Source of the DNA: an uncultured Gemmatimonadales bacterium
GTDB lineage: Bacteria > Gemmatimonadota > Gemmatimonadetes > Longimicrobiales > Longimicrobiaceae
Assembly (NCBI GenBank): GCA_963716255.1
Contig: OY970303.1
Span: 5,344,001-5,408,000, forward strand
Length of the DNA stretch: 64,000 bases
Direction of reading: 5' to 3'
This document shows, piece by piece, positions 28,201 through 59,083 of this stretch. Below the pieces are notes generated by a model. That model was not told the origin of the DNA, did no database searches, and saw only the letters and a program-made list of their open reading frames with translations. Both the position numbers and the translations under genes were made by a program. The stretch's first letter is position 1. The number at the start of each line of letters is the position of its first letter.

Positions 28201-31200
28201 ATGGTGCCCGCGGCGTGGGTGGTGCTGGACGCCCTGCCGCTCACCCCGGGCGGCAAGACCGACCGGCGGGCGCTGCCCGCCCCGGACTGGGGCGCCGAGG
28301 GCGAGCACGTGGCGCCCCGGACGGCGACCGAGGAGGTGCTGGCGGGGATCTGGGAGGAGGTGCTGGAGCTGGAGCGGGTGGGGGCGCACGACAACTTCTT
28401 CGAGCGGGGCGGACACTCGCTGCTCGCCACGCGGGTGGTCTCGCGCGTGGCCTCGTCGCTCGGCGCGGAGCTCCCGCTCCGCACGGTCTTCGAGGCGCAG
28501 ACGGTCGCGGAGCTGGCGGCCCGCATCGACGCGGCGCGGCGCGCGGGGGAGGATGCCGCGCCGCCGCCCATCGCGGCCGTGGACAGGAGCGGGCCGCTCC
28601 CGCTGTCGTTCGCCCAGGAGCGGCTCTGGTTCCTGCACCAGATGGACCCGCAGGGCTCCGGCTACAACATGCCGTTCCCCAACCGGGTGCTCGGCCCCCT
28701 GGACCCGCGGGCGCTGGAGCGGGCGCTCGGCGCCCTGGTGCTCCGGCACGAGTCGCTGCGCACCACGTTCCGCCCCGTGGACGGCGGCGCGGTGCAGGTG
28801 GTGGGCCCGCCGGCCCGCGCCCGCGTCCCCCTCGCGGACCTGTCGGGGCTCGCCCCGGAGGCGCGGGACCGCGAGGCGCGCCGGCTGGCGGAGGAGGACG
28901 CCGGGCGTCCGTTCGACCTGCGGCACGGCCCCCTGCTCCGCCTCGCGCTGCTCCGGCTCGGCGGCGAGGAGCACGTGATGCTGCTCTGCATGCACCACAT
29001 CGTCTCGGACGGGTGGAGCATGGGGGTGCTCTACCGCGAGCTGTACGCCCTGTACGCGGCGTCCGCGCGGGGGGAGGCCCCCCGGCTCCCCGCGCTCGGC
29101 GTGCAGTACGGCGACTTCGCGGTGTGGCAGCGCGGCTGGCTGGCCGGCGACGTGCTCCGGCGACAGCTGGACTGGTGGCGCGAGCGCCTGGCGGGGGCCC
29201 CTCCCGCCCTGGAGCTCCCCGTCGACCGTCCCCGCTCCGCGGTCGCGACCGACCGGGGCGCGTCGGTGCTCCTCCGCGTCGGCGCGGACGAGGTGCGGGC
29301 GCTGCGGGCCGTGGCGCGGCGGGAGGGAGCCACGCTCTACATGGTGCTCCGCGCGGCGACGGACGTGCTGCTCGCCCGGTGGTCGGGGCAGGAGGACCTG
29401 GTGGTGGGCTCGCCCATCGCCAACCGGACGCGCGTGGAGGTGGAGGGGCTGATCGGCTTCTTCGTCAACACGCTGGCGCTGCGGACGGACGTGTCCGGCG
29501 ACCCCGCCTTCCGCGAGCTGGTGGGCCGGGTCCGCGACACGGCGCTGGGGGCGTACGCCCACCAGGACCTCCCCTTCGAGCGGCTGGTGGAGGAGATCTC
29601 GCCGGAGCGGAGCCTGTCGCACACGCCCCTCTTCCAGTTCATGTTCGCCCTGCAGAACAACCAGGACGACGCGGTGCCGGCCCCGCCCGGGCTGCGCGTG
29701 GAGCGCTTCCACTCCGCGCCGCACACCTCGCGCTTCGACCTGGAGCTGGACCTGTTCGAGAAGGGCGAGGAGCTGGCCGGCGGCGTGCGCTTCCGCACCG
29801 ACCTCTTCGACCCGTCCACCGTGGAGCGCTTCGTGGCCCAGCTCCGCGTGCTGCTCGCTTCCGCGGGCGCCTCGCCGGAGGAGAGCGTCTCCCGGCTCCA
29901 CCTGCTCCCCGAGGAGGAAGTCCGCGTCCTCCGGTCGTACGGGAGCGGCCCCGCGCACGAAACGGCCCCCGGCGAAACGGTGCCGCGCCTGCTGGCGGAG
30001 CAGGCCGCCCGCACCCCGGACGCGGTCGCGGTGCTGTCCGGCGGCGAAGCGCTCTCGTACGCGCGGCTCGACCGGCGCGCGGCGCGCCTCGCCCGCCGGC
30101 TGCGCGGGCGCGGCGTCCGGGCGGGCGCCCCGGTGGCGGTGTGCGTGGAGCGCGGCCCCGGGCTCCTGGTCGCGCTCCTGGCGGTGTGGAAGGCGGGCGG
30201 CGTCTACCTCCCGCTGGACCCGGGGCACCCGCCCGAGCGCCTCGCCTTCCTCCTGCGCGACTCCGGCGCGCGGCTCGCCGTGTCCGAGCCGCACCTGGCG
30301 CTTCCCGAGTTCGGGGGCGAGATCGTGCGGGTGGACGCGGCTTCCGGGCGCGACGGCGGGGAGGACGGGGACGCGCTCCCCGACTCGCCGTCCCCGGACG
30401 ACCTCGCCTACCTGATCTACACCTCCGGCTCCACCGGCGCCCCCAAGGCGGTGGCGGTGGAGCACGCGCGGCTCGCGCACACCCTGCGGGGCAGCCTGGG
30501 CCTTCTCGGCTTCGCGCCGGGCGACGTGGTGGCGGCGCTCGCCTCCGTGGCCTTCGACATCTCGCTCCTGGAGCAGCTCGCGCCGCTGCTCGGGGGGGCG
30601 GCGGTGCGGATCGTCCCCCGTGAGGTCGCGCGCGACCCCGCGGAGCTGGTGCGGGTGTGCGCCAACGCGACGGTGCTGCACGCCGTCCCGGCGCTGATGC
30701 GGCAGGTGGTGGAGGCCGCGCGCGGCGGCGGCGGGCTCCCGGCCATGCGGCTCCTCCTGGTGGGCGGCGACACCGTCCCGCCCGACCTGCTGGAGGAGCT
30801 GCGGGAGGCCTTCCCGGGGGCGGCGGCGCGCGTCCTGTACGGCCCCACCGAGGCCACCATCATCTGCGCGACGTACGGGGTGCCGGAGCGGGGCGGGATC
30901 GCGGGGCACCCGCTGGGACGCCCGCTCCCGGGGGTGCGCCTCCAGGTCCGCGGGGCGCGGGGGGAGCTGCTTCCGCTGGGCGTCCCCGGGGAATTGTGGA
31001 TCTCCGGCGGGGGCGTCGCCCGCGGCTACCTGGACCGTCCGGAGCTGACGGCGGAGAAGTTCGTCGCGATGGGCGGGGAGCGCGCCTACCGCGCGGGAGA
31101 CCGGGCGCGCTGGCGGATGGACGGCGTGCTGGAGTTCCTGGGCCGCACCGACGAGCAGGTCAAGGTGCGCGGCTTCCGCATCGAGCCCGGCGAGGTGGAG

Positions 31201-33006
31201 GCGGCGCTGCTCGGGGAGCCCGGCGTCCGCGAGGCCGTGGTCCTCGCGCGGGAGGACCGGCCGGGCGAGAAGCGCCTGGTGGCGTACGTCGTCCCGGAAA
31301 GCGCCGACCGCGCGGCCCGCGGCGCCGGCGCCGCCGAGCAGGTGTCGGGGTGGACGACCGTGTTCGACGAGACGTACGGGCAGGGCGAAGCGGAGGGGGA
31401 TCCCACGCTCGACCTGACCGGCTGGAACAGCAGCTACACCGGCGAGCCCATCCCGCGCGAGGAGATGCGCGAGTGGGTGGAGCGCACCGTGGAGCGCATC
31501 CTGGCGCTCGGGCCGCGGCGGGTGCTGGAGATCGGCTGCGGGACCGGGCTGCTCCTCCTCCGCCTCGCCCCGCACGTGCGGGAGTACCACGGGACCGACT
31601 TTTCCGCCGTGGCGCTGGGGCGGGTGCGGCGCCACTTGGGCGCCCTGCCGCGGGTGACGCTCGCCGAGCACGAGGCCGACGACCTGGCCGCGTACGCGGG
31701 CGGGGGCTACGACACCGTCGTGGTCAACTCCGTGGCGCAGTACTTCCCCGGGGTGGACTACCTGCTGCGGGTGCTGGAGGGCGCGGCCGCGGCGCTGGCC
31801 CCCGGGGGGCGGATCTTCGTGGGCGACGTGCGCAGCCTCCCGCTGCTCGCCGCCTTCCACGCCTCGGTGGAGCTGGCGCGGGCCCCGGAGGAGCTGCCGC
31901 TCGCGCAGCTGCGCGAGCGGGTGCGGCGCGCCGTGGCGGAGGAGCAGGAGCTTGTGGTGGATCCCGCCTTCTTCGGCGCGCTCCGGGCCAGGCTCCCGCG
32001 GCTGGGGCGGGTGGAGGTGCAGGTGAAGCGGGGCGGGTACGACAACGAGGTGTCGCGCTTCCGCTACGACGTGGTCCTCCACCTGGACGCCGCGCCGGCC
32101 GGCGCGCCGCCCGCGGTGCGGAGCTGGAGCGGGGAGGACGAGGCCGGGGTGCGCGCGCTCTTGGGGACGAGCGCGGCGGCGCTCCTGCTCCGCGGCGTCC
32201 CCGACCCGGGGACGCGGGAGCACGCCCGCGCCGCGGCATTGCTCGCCGGCCCCGCCGCCACCGTGGACGAGGTGCGGGCGGGCGCGGCCGGCGGCGCGGC
32301 CGGGGTCCCGCGCGAAGCGCTCTTCGCGCTGGGCGACGCGTCCGGGCGGATCGTGGAGGTCCGCCCCGGCGCGCCGGGCACGCTGGACGTGCTCCTGCAC
32401 CCCGCGGGGGGCGCCGCGGCCCTGCCGGCGGAGGAGCCGGCGGAGGAGCGGCCGTGGGAGTCGTACGCCAACGACCCCCAGTGGGGACGCCGCATCCGCG
32501 CGCTGGCGCCGGCGTTGCGCTCCGCCCTGCGCGCGCGCCTCCCCGAGTACATGCTCCCGTCGGCCCTGGTGGTCCTGGAGTCCCTGCCCGTCACCCCCAA
32601 CGGCAAGGTGGACCGGCAGGCGCTCCCGGCCCCCGACACCGCCGGCTCGCGCGACCAGGCGTACGCGGCGCCGCGGAGCGCGCTGGAGGAGGCGCTGGTG
32701 GGGATCTGGCAGGAGGTGCTGGGGGTGGAGCGCGTAGGCATCCACGACAGCTTCTTCGACCTGGGCGGGCACTCGCTGCTCGCCACCCAGCTCGTCGCGC
32801 GCATCGGGGTGCTCCGGGTGGAGGTCCCCGTGCGCCAGGTGTTCCAGACGCCCACGGTGGCCGGGCTCGCCGAGTCCGTCACCCGCAACGAAACGACCCC
32901 GGGAGCGGCCGAGATGATCGCCAGAGTCCTGCTGAAGCTGAAGACCATGTCGGCCGGGGAGCGCGCCGCCGCGCTCCGGGCGAAGCAGACCCCGGTGGGC
33001 ACGTGA
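25258..33006 (+). CDS. NRPS 2 (~2582 aa): C-A(Lys/basic)-T-C-A(nMT)-T
   Basis: Start ATG overlaps the NRPS 1 stop (ATGA); C motifs HHAVFDG and HHIVSDG; two A and two T domains; MT motif VLEIGCGTG. The upstream part of the listed 3823-aa ORF is a shadow frame. Confidence 0.96.
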
Positions 33007-36000
33007 GCGGGGGACCCGACGCGGGACTTTCCGCGGAAGACCTGGAGCTCATGGCCCTCCTGCTGGAGGAGGCCGGGATCGAGTCGGCCCGGCCGGAGGG
33101 CGTGCGGCCCCGCGACCCCGGCGCGCGCGTCCCGCTCTCCTTTTCGCAGAAGCGGATCTGGTTCCTGGAGCAGCTGGAGCCGGAGACGCGCATCTACAAC
33201 GACGTGTCCGGCCTGCGGCTGGTGGGCGAGCTGGACGGCGCGGCGATGGACGCGGCCGTGCGGGGCGTGGTGGAGCGGCACGAGTCGCTGCGCACCGTGT
33301 TCGTGGAGGAGGCCGGCGAGCCGGTGCAGGTGGTGCTCGAAGACCACCCCGTGCGGCTGGAGCTCCGCGACCTGTCGCACCTCCCCGAGGACGACCGGCT
33401 GGCGGAGGTGCGCCGCGTCGCCGACGAGGTCACCCTGGTCCCCTTCGACCTGGTGCGCGGCCCGCTGCTGCGCCCCGTCCTGCTCCGCCTGGGGGAGCGC
33501 GATCACGCGCTCCTCCTGGCCCTTCACCACATCATCTTCGACGGGTGGTCCTGGGGAATCTTCTGGCGCGACCTCCTGGCGCTGTACAACGCCACGCGCG
33601 AGGGGCGGCCGTCCCCGCTCCCCCCGGTCGCGCTCCAGTACGGCGACTTCGCGGTGTGGCAGCAGGAGCACCTGGCCGGGGGCGCCCTGGAGCGGCAGAC
33701 GGAGTACTGGAAGGAGCGACTCCGCGGCGCGCCCACGCTGATCGGCCTCCCCACCGACCGGCCGCGCCCCGCCGAGCAGACCTACCGCGGCGACTCCTTC
33801 GACTTCACGGTCCCGGAGGAGATCTCCGCCCGCGTGGCCGCGCTCGCGCAGCGGGAGGGCGCCACGCTGTTCATGGCGCTGCTCGCCGTGCTCGCCTCGC
33901 TCCTGGGCCGCTACTCGGGCGAGGACGACGTGGTGATCGGGTCGCCCATCGCCAGCCGGACCCGGCCGGAGCTGGAGGGCGTCGTCGGCCTGTTCGCGAA
34001 CACGCTGGCCATCCGCGCGGAGCTGGCGGGGGAGCCGAGTTTCCGCGCGCTGCTGCGCCGCGTGCGCGACGCGGTGTTCGAGGACTACGCCAACCAGGAC
34101 CTCCCCTTCGAGAAGATCGTGGAGGAGCTGCGCGGGGAGCGCAGCCTCAGCTACAACCCGGTGTACCAGGTCCTCTTCGTGCTTCACAACTTCCCGCGCG
34201 TGCACGGCGGCTTCGGCGGGCTGGAGATCCACCCGCTGGAGATGGCGCACCGCAAGTCCAAGCTGGACCTGGCGCTGTCGATGATGGAGGACGGGGGCGC
34301 CATCCGCGGCGGCTGGGAGTACAGCACCGAGCTGTTCGACCGGGACACCATCGTCCGCCTCACCGACCACTTCGTGGTCCTGCTCGCCGCGGCGGTGGCG
34401 GAGCCGGACCGGCCCCTCGCCGACCTCCCGCTGGTGCGGCCGGAGGAGCGCACGCGCCTGCTCCGCACCTGGAGCATCGGCGCCCTCGCCGGGACGGACC
34501 CGCGCCCGGTCCACCTCCTCGTCCGGGAGCAGGCGGAGCGGACGCCGGACGCCGTGGCCGTCGCCCTGGCGGGCGAGACGCTCACCTACGGCGAGCTGGG
34601 GCGGCGCGGCCGCGCCCTGGCGCACTATCTCCGCGGGCGCGGCGTGGGCCCGGAGACGCGGGTGGGCGTGTACCTGGACCGCTCGCCGGAGCTGCTGGTG
34701 GCGCTGCTGGGGGTGCTGGAGGCGGGCGGCGCGTACGTCCCGCTCGACCCGCAGTACCCGCGCGACCGCCTGGCGTACCTGGTCCGCGACTCGGGGATCG
34801 CGGTGCTCCTCACCCGCGAGCGCCTGTTCGCGGAGCTGCCGGGGAGCGCCGCGGCCGAGGTGGTCTTCCTGGACGCGGACCGGGCGCGGATCGAGGCGGA
34901 GCCGGGCGCCGCGCCGGAAACGCCGGTCTTCCCGGAAAGCTCCGCGTACGTGATCTACACCTCCGGCTCCACCGGGAAGCCCAAGGGGGTCGTGGTCCCG
35001 CACGGCGCGCTGGCCGGGTTCACGGCGGCGGCGCGGGGGGCGTACGGGATCGGGCCGGCGGACCGGGTGCTCCAGTTCGCCTCGGTGGCCTTCGACGCGA
35101 GCGCGGAGGAGATCTGGCCGACGCTGGCCTCCGGGGCCCGCCTGGTGCTTCGCACCGAGGAGATGCTGGGCTCGGCGCGGCTGTTCCTGGAGGCCTGCCG
35201 GGAGTGGGGGATCACGGTGCTGGACCTGCCCACCGCGTACTGGCACGAGCTGGTGGCCGAGCTGAGCGAGGAGGCGGGGGCGGATCTTCCGGCGGCGCTG
35301 CGGCTGGTGATCATCGGCGGGGAGCGGGCGCTTCCGGAGCGTCTGCGCGCGTGGCGGGAGCGGTTCGGGGCGCGGGTGCGGCTGGTGAACACGTACGGCC
35401 CCACGGAGGCGACGGTGGTGGCCACGCTGTGCGACCTGCAGGAGGCGGAGGACGACCCGTCGTCGGCCCCGCGGCACGTGGCGATCGGGAGGGCTCTGGG
35501 GCACGCTCGGGCCTACGTGCTGGACCCGCGGGGCGAGCCCGCCCCGGTGGGGGTGCCGGGGGAGCTGTACCTGGGGGGCGGGGGCGTGGCGCGCGGCTAC
35601 CTGGGCGACCCGTCGCGGACGGCCGGGGCGTTCGTGCCCGACCCGTTCACGGGGGTGGCGGGGGCGCGGCTGTACCGCAGCGGCGACCGGGTGCGGTGGC
35701 GCGCGGAGGGGACGCTGGAGTTCATCGGGCGGGTGGACCAGCAGGTGAAGATCCGGGGGTTCCGGGTGGAGCCGGGGGAGGTGGAGGCGGTGCTGTCGCG
35801 TCAGCCGGGTGTGGAGGACGCCGCGGTGGTGGCGCGGGAGGACGCGCCGGGGCAGCCGCGTCTGGTGGCGTACGTGGTGCTGGCGGAGCCGGCGCCGCCG
35901 GTGTCCGCGCTGCGGACCGCGCTGAAGGCGGAGCTGCCGCCCTACATGGTGCCCGCCGCGTGGGTGGTGCTGGACGCCCTGCCGCTCACCCCGGGCGGCA

Positions 36001-36383
36001 AGACCGACCGGCGGGCGCTGCCCGCGCCGGAGGCCCGCGGCGCCGCCCCGGAGGGGCAGGCGGCGGGGGCCGTCCCGCGCACCGACGCCGAGCGCGTGGT
36101 CGCCGAGGCGTGGCGCGAGGTGCTCGGGGTGGACGAGGTGGGGCTGGACGACAACTTCTTCGACCTGGGCGGACACTCGCTCCTGCTGGCGCGCCTGCGC
36201 AGCCGGCTGCGCGGTAGGTTCCCGTCCGACGTGTCCATCGTCGTCCTCTTCCGCTATCCCACGGTGCGGTCGCTGGCGGAGCACCTGGCGGGGGGCGAGC
36301 CGCAGGCCGGCCCCACCCCGCCGGACGAGGGCGAGGTGGACCGGCGCCGCGCCGCGATGCGGCGGCTCCGCGACAAGCGGTAA
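33003..36383 (+). CDS. NRPS 3 (~1126 aa): C-A(Lys/basic)-T
   Basis: GTG start overlaps the NRPS 2 stop (GTGA); [30 protein letters not shown]; paralogous to NRPS 2 module 1. Confidence 0.95.
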   Translation: MSGGPDAGLSAEDLELMALLLEEAGIESARPEGVRPRDPGARVPLSFSQKRIWFLEQLEPETRIYNDVSGLRLVGELDGAAMDAAVRGVVERHESLRTVFVEEAGEPVQVVLEDHPVRLELRDLSHLPEDDRLAEVRRVADEVTLVPFDLVRGPLLRPVLLRLGERDHALLLALHHIIFDGWSWGIFWRDLLALYNATREGRPSPLPPVALQYGDFAVWQQEHLAGGALERQTEYWKERLRGAPTLIGLPTDRPRPAEQTYRGDSFDFTVPEEISARVAALAQREGATLFMALLAVLASLLGRYSGEDDVVIGSPIASRTRPELEGVVGLFANTLAIRAELAGEPSFRALLRRVRDAVFEDYANQDLPFEKIVEELRGERSLSYNPVYQVLFVLHNFPRVHGGFGGLEIHPLEMAHRKSKLDLALSMMEDGGAIRGGWEYSTELFDRDTIVRLTDHFVVLLAAAVAEPDRPLADLPLVRPEERTRLLRTWSIGALAGTDPRPVHLLVREQAERTPDAVAVALAGETLTYGELGRRGRALAHYLRGRGVGPETRVGVYLDRSPELLVALLGVLEAGGAYVPLDPQYPRDRLAYLVRDSGIAVLLTRERLFAELPGSAAAEVVFLDADRARIEAEPGAAPETPVFPESSAYVIYTSGSTGKPKGVVVPHGALAGFTAAARGAYGIGPADRVLQFASVAFDASAEEIWPTLASGARLVLRTEEMLGSARLFLEACREWGITVLDLPTAYWHELVAELSEEAGADLPAALRLVIIGGERALPERLRAWRERFGARVRLVNTYGPTEATVVATLCDLQEAEDDPSSAPRHVAIGRALGHARAYVLDPRGEPAPVGVPGELYLGGGGVARGYLGDPSRTAGAFVPDPFTGVAGARLYRSGDRVRWRAEGTLEFIGRVDQQVKIRGFRVEPGEVEAVLSRQPGVEDAAVVAREDAPGQPRLVAYVVLAEPAPPVSALRTALKAELPPYMVPAAWVVLDALPLTPGGKTDRRALPAPEARGAAPEGQAAGAVPRTDAERVVAEAWREVLGVDEVGLDDNFFDLGGHSLLLARLRSRLRGRFPSDVSIVVLFRYPTVRSLAEHLAGGEPQAGPTPPDEGEVDRRRAAMRRLRDKR

Positions 36384-36394
36384 GTTGTAACGGA

Positions 36395-36606
36395 TTGAAC
36401 TGATTGGTCGGGCGTGCCCCCGGCTGGCGCCGGGGTCGGGCTTCGGCTCCGTAGGCGAGCAAACAACGCTCGCCAACGGAGTCGAGCCCCGGCAAACGGC
36501 CGCCGGGTCTCGCCCCTTCGGGCCGAAATCCCTCACGCGGGGTTCGCGCTGGCGTCCGCGCCGGTGGGCCCCCTCCCCAACCCCTCCCCCGCAAGCAGGG
36601 GAGGGG
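36395..36606. repeat. Structured dispersed repeat, copy 2 (inverted; core 36410-36538)
   Basis: Reverse complement matches the copy 1 core and its flanking CAGTTCAA, with a more divergent palindrome part. Confidence 0.9.
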
Positions 36607-36689
36607 CTTTTCTCGTGCGTGGAGCAGATGGTGAGCTGGCGTCCGCGGGGGCGCCCCCACCCGGCTCGCTTGAGGCTCGCCACCCTCCC

Positions 36690-36783
36690 CCAATTCTGGG
36701 GGAGGGCTTCCTGACCCTCGACCTCCGTCATGTCATTCTCCCCCTCCCCCTTGCGGGGGAGGGGGTCGGGGGGAGGGGGGGCC
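36690..36783. repeat. Two further REP-like C-rich/G-rich palindromes
   Basis: CCCTCCCCCAATTCTGGGGGAGGG and CCCCCTCCCCCTTGCGGGGGAGGGGG, same family as the palindrome heading the structured repeat. Confidence 0.75.
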
Positions 36784-36817
36784 GAGGTCCGGCAGGATAC
36801 CCGACCTCCACCCCGCC

Positions 36818-37030
36818 GTTCTCCCCCTTTCCCCCGCTTGCGGGGGAGAGGGGGCCGGGGGGTGAGGGGGCCCACCCTCGCGGACGCCAGCGCGATCCCC
36901 GCGTGAGGGCTTTCGGCCCGAAGGGGCGAGACCCCGCGGCAGTTTGCGGGGGCTCGACTCCGTTAAGCAGCGTTGTTTGCTGCTTTACGGAGCCGAAGCC
37001 CGACCCCGGCGCCCGCCGGGGGCACGCCCA
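36818..37030. repeat. Structured dispersed repeat, copy 3 (core 36901-37029)
   Basis: 213 nt colinear with 3734-3946; differences concentrate in compensated stem positions and loops. Confidence 0.92.
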
Positions 37031-37077
37031 GACCGTTCGTACCCGGCCGTTTCAACCAGATCCGACCATCACCCCGT

Positions 37078-56265
<19,188 letters not shown>

Positions 56266-56543
56266 GCTCGGAGGAAGCGCGGGTGTATTCAGGAGGCGGC
56301 GCCGCGAACCCTCTCGCGCCGCCCGGAGCCGGTCGTCAGCCGGATGCGGCATGAGCGACCACGCGCCGATGCCGCCCGCACGTCGCGGGCAGGCAGCAGC
56401 GCAGGGAAAGCGTCGTGCCGGTGAGAGGACGGGGGCCGCCCGGGAAGTGCGGCGGCGCGGCCCCCGCGCGTGCGCACGCGCAGGCAGGGGCACTGGCGGA
56501 TCCGGGCCGCGATGCGCGGGACCTCCCCGGAGCCGGAGTACGG

Positions 56544-56572
56544 ACGTTAACCAAGCCTCACGGGACTGGCAA
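56544..56572 (-). promoter_or_regulatory. Putative sigma70 promoter of the NRPS-PKS gene
   Basis: On the - strand: TTGCCA (56572-56567), 17-nt spacer, TAACGT (56549-56544). Confidence 0.6.
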
Positions 56573-56778
56573 GTTCGTGTCCTGTTCCATGCGCGCCGTG
56601 AAGCCGGGCTCGTCGGCCCGTGAAGCGCCGCCGGGCTTGTCCGGCCGGGGCGGCGCGGTACCTTTTCCGTCCTGGCGGGCGCGACGGCCGCCCTCCCCGC
56701 GCGGCTCGATCGCGCTGCAGCGACTCCCAGCGCACGGCGCCCGCGCGGCGCGCCCTCCCGGTGCCCCCTGAGGCGGAA

Positions 56779-58398
56779 ATGAAAGTCTTCGAGATCGTCG
56801 TGGCGATGCTCCTGGGCGGCGCGGCGCTCGCAGCGGTGGCGCGGCGGTTCGGCGCGCCCTACCCCGCGCTGGTGGCGCTCGCCGGGGCGGCGCTCGCCCT
56901 CGTCCCCGGCGTGCCCACGATCGTGCTCGATCCCGAGCTGGCGCTCGCGCTGTTCGTCGCCCCCGTCCTGGTGGACGCCGCCTTCGACGCCTCGCCGCGC
57001 GACCTGCGCGCGAACTGGCGCGCGGTCACGAGCCTCGCCCTCGGCGCGGTCGCGCTCACGGTCGCCGTGGTCGCCGTCGTCGCGCGGCTGCTCGTTCCCG
57101 GAATGCCGTGGGCGGCGGCGATCGCGCTGGGGGCCATCGTGGCGCCGCCCGACGCCGCGGCCGCCACCACGGTGCTCAAGCAGCTCCGGCCGCCGCACCG
57201 GCTGCTGGTGATCCTGGAGGGGGAAAGCCTCTTCAACGACGCCAGCGCGCTGCTCGTCTACCGCCTCGCCGTGGGGGCCGCGCTCGCCGGCTCCCTGTCC
57301 GGCTGGAGCGTGCTGCCCACGCTGCTCGTGGTCACGCTGGGCAGCGTCGCCCTCGCGCTCGTGCTGTCGCGGCTCACGCTCGCCGTGACGGCCCGCGTCC
57401 GCGACGTGTCGACCGGCATCGTCGTGCAGTTCTGCACCACGTTCGGCGTGTGGATCCTGGCCGAGCGGCTGCACCTGTCGGGGATCATCACGACGGTGGT
57501 CTTCGCGATGGCGGCCTCGCGCCGCGCGCCCGAGGTCATGCCGGCCCGCATCCGCATCCCCTCGTGGGCGGTGTGGGAGGTGGCGGTCTTCGTGCTGAAC
57601 GTGCTCGCGTTCATCCTGGTGGGCTTCCAGCTCAAGTCCATCGCCGCGCGGGTCACGGCCCCGGAGGGATCCCGGTACGCCGCGGTGGCGGCGGCGGTGT
57701 GCGCCGCGGTCATCGTCGCGCGCATCGCGTGGGTGACGGGCGCGGCGGCGTTCAGCCGGTGGCGCTGCCGCCCCCGCGCGGACGGCGTCCCCGGCCCGCG
57801 CGACGCGGTGGCGCTGTCCGCGCGCGCCGCGGCGGTGGTGGGGTGGTGCGGCATGCGCGGCACCGTGACGCTCGCGGCCGCTCTCGCGCTCCCCACCGGC
57901 GCCCACGGCGGCGCCCCCTTCCCGTACCGGGACCTGATCGTCGTCACCGCGTTCGGCGTCGTGCTCGGCACCCTGGTGCTCCAGGGGCTCACGCTGCGTC
58001 CGCTTCTCCTTCACCTCCGGCTGGAGGACGACGGCTCCGTGGAGCGCGAGGTGCGCCTCGCCCGCGTCCAGACGCTTCAGGCTGCGGTCGCGGAGATCGC
58101 GGAGTGCCCCGGCGCCGAGACCGCGGCGCTGGTGCGGCACCGCTACGCGCTGCAGCTGAGCCGCGCCGAGGAGGCCGCGGCCGCGCCCGCGGCCTTCGCC
58201 GGGGTCGACGGCCAGGACGCGGACGAGGCGGTCGTGCGCGCCGCGACCGTGGCCCAGCGGCGGCGCCTCATGGCGCTCCGATCCGACGGCACCATCGGCG
58301 ACGCCGCGTTCCAGCGCGTGGAGGAAGAGCTCGACTGGGCGGAGCTGGACTGGGCCCGGCTGGTCCACGCGGGCCAGCCGGGAGACGGGGCGGCGTAG
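56779..58398 (+). CDS. CPA1-family cation:proton antiporter (NhaP/YjcE-like, 539 aa)
   Basis: Many TM helices; [48 protein letters not shown]; soluble C-terminal tail. Confidence 0.92.
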   Translation: MKVFEIVVAMLLGGAALAAVARRFGAPYPALVALAGAALALVPGVPTIVLDPELALALFVAPVLVDAAFDASPRDLRANWRAVTSLALGAVALTVAVVAVVARLLVPGMPWAAAIALGAIVAPPDAAAATTVLKQLRPPHRLLVILEGESLFNDASALLVYRLAVGAALAGSLSGWSVLPTLLVVTLGSVALALVLSRLTLAVTARVRDVSTGIVVQFCTTFGVWILAERLHLSGIITTVVFAMAASRRAPEVMPARIRIPSWAVWEVAVFVLNVLAFILVGFQLKSIAARVTAPEGSRYAAVAAAVCAAVIVARIAWVTGAAAFSRWRCRPRADGVPGPRDAVALSARAAAVVGWCGMRGTVTLAAALALPTGAHGGAPFPYRDLIVVTAFGVVLGTLVLQGLTLRPLLLHLRLEDDGSVEREVRLARVQTLQAAVAEIAECPGAETAALVRHRYALQLSRAEEAAAAPAAFAGVDGQDADEAVVRAATVAQRRRLMALRSDGTIGDAAFQRVEEELDWAELDWARLVHAGQPGDGAA

Positions 58399-58454
58399 CC
58401 GGCCCGGCGGCCCGGATCGTCCGCCGGAGTGTGGGTTCGCAGGCAGCTCGCGAG

Positions 58455-59042
58455 ATGACCCTGATGAAGAAAGTAGAAGTCGTTCCCCACGACCCGCGGT
58501 GGCGGGACGCGTTCGACGCGGAGGCGAAGCGGGTCGCCGCCGCGCTCGGCGCCAACGCCGTGGCCATCCACCACATCGGCAGCACGGCCATTCCGGGGAT
58601 CCACGCCAAGCCCGTGATCGACCTCCTGGTGGAGGTCGCGGACCTCGCCGGGGTGGACGGGCGTGCTCCGGCGATGGCGTCGCTCGGCTACGAAGCGATG
58701 GGCGAGTACGGCATCCCCGGCCGCCGGTACTTCCGCAGGGACGACCCGGAGGGAGCAAGGACGCACAACCTCCACGCGTTCCGGGCCGGCTCGGGAGAGG
58801 TGGAGCGCCACCTGGCGTTCCGCGACTACATGATCGCTCATCCCGCGGAAGCACGGGCGTACGGCGAGCTGAAGAGGAAGCTGGCGGCCGAGCACCCGTG
58901 GAGCATGGACGGGTACATGGACGGCAAGGACGGCTTCATCCGGGAGATGGACCGCAGGGCGGCGCGGTGGCGCGGCCCGCACGCCGGACGGCAGCCGCGG
59001 CCCGGCGAGCCGCCGGACGGGAGGGCGCCGCGGCAGGGCTGA
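58455..59042 (+). CDS. GrpB/UPF0157 family nucleotidyltransferase-fold protein
   Basis: [26 protein letters not shown], Yxx[11 protein letters not shown]; alternative start at 58464. Confidence 0.9.
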   Translation: MTLMKKVEVVPHDPRWRDAFDAEAKRVAAALGANAVAIHHIGSTAIPGIHAKPVIDLLVEVADLAGVDGRAPAMASLGYEAMGEYGIPGRRYFRRDDPEGARTHNLHAFRAGSGEVERHLAFRDYMIAHPAEARAYGELKRKLAAEHPWSMDGYMDGKDGFIREMDRRAARWRGPHAGRQPRPGEPPDGRAPRQG

Positions 59043-59048
59043 AAGCGG

Positions 59049-59076
59049 GACGGGGGCGCCCGCGCGCGCCCCCGTC
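59049..59076. terminator. Hairpin between the convergent GrpB and DHFR-like genes
   Basis: GACGGGGGCGC...GCGCCCCCGTC 11-bp stem. Confidence 0.5.
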
Positions 59077-59083
59077 GCCGGCG

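Noticed and set aside
36395..37030. Possible CRISPR array or autonomous IS
   Set aside because: No regularly spaced identical repeats with unique spacers, no cas genes and no transposase; short ORFs here are translations of the repeat.
56266..58854. N-terminal 863 aa of the listed 7258-aa ORF
   Set aside because: Antisense shadow of the antiporter and GrpB genes; NRPS sequence begins near 56265 and a promoter lies at 56544-56572.
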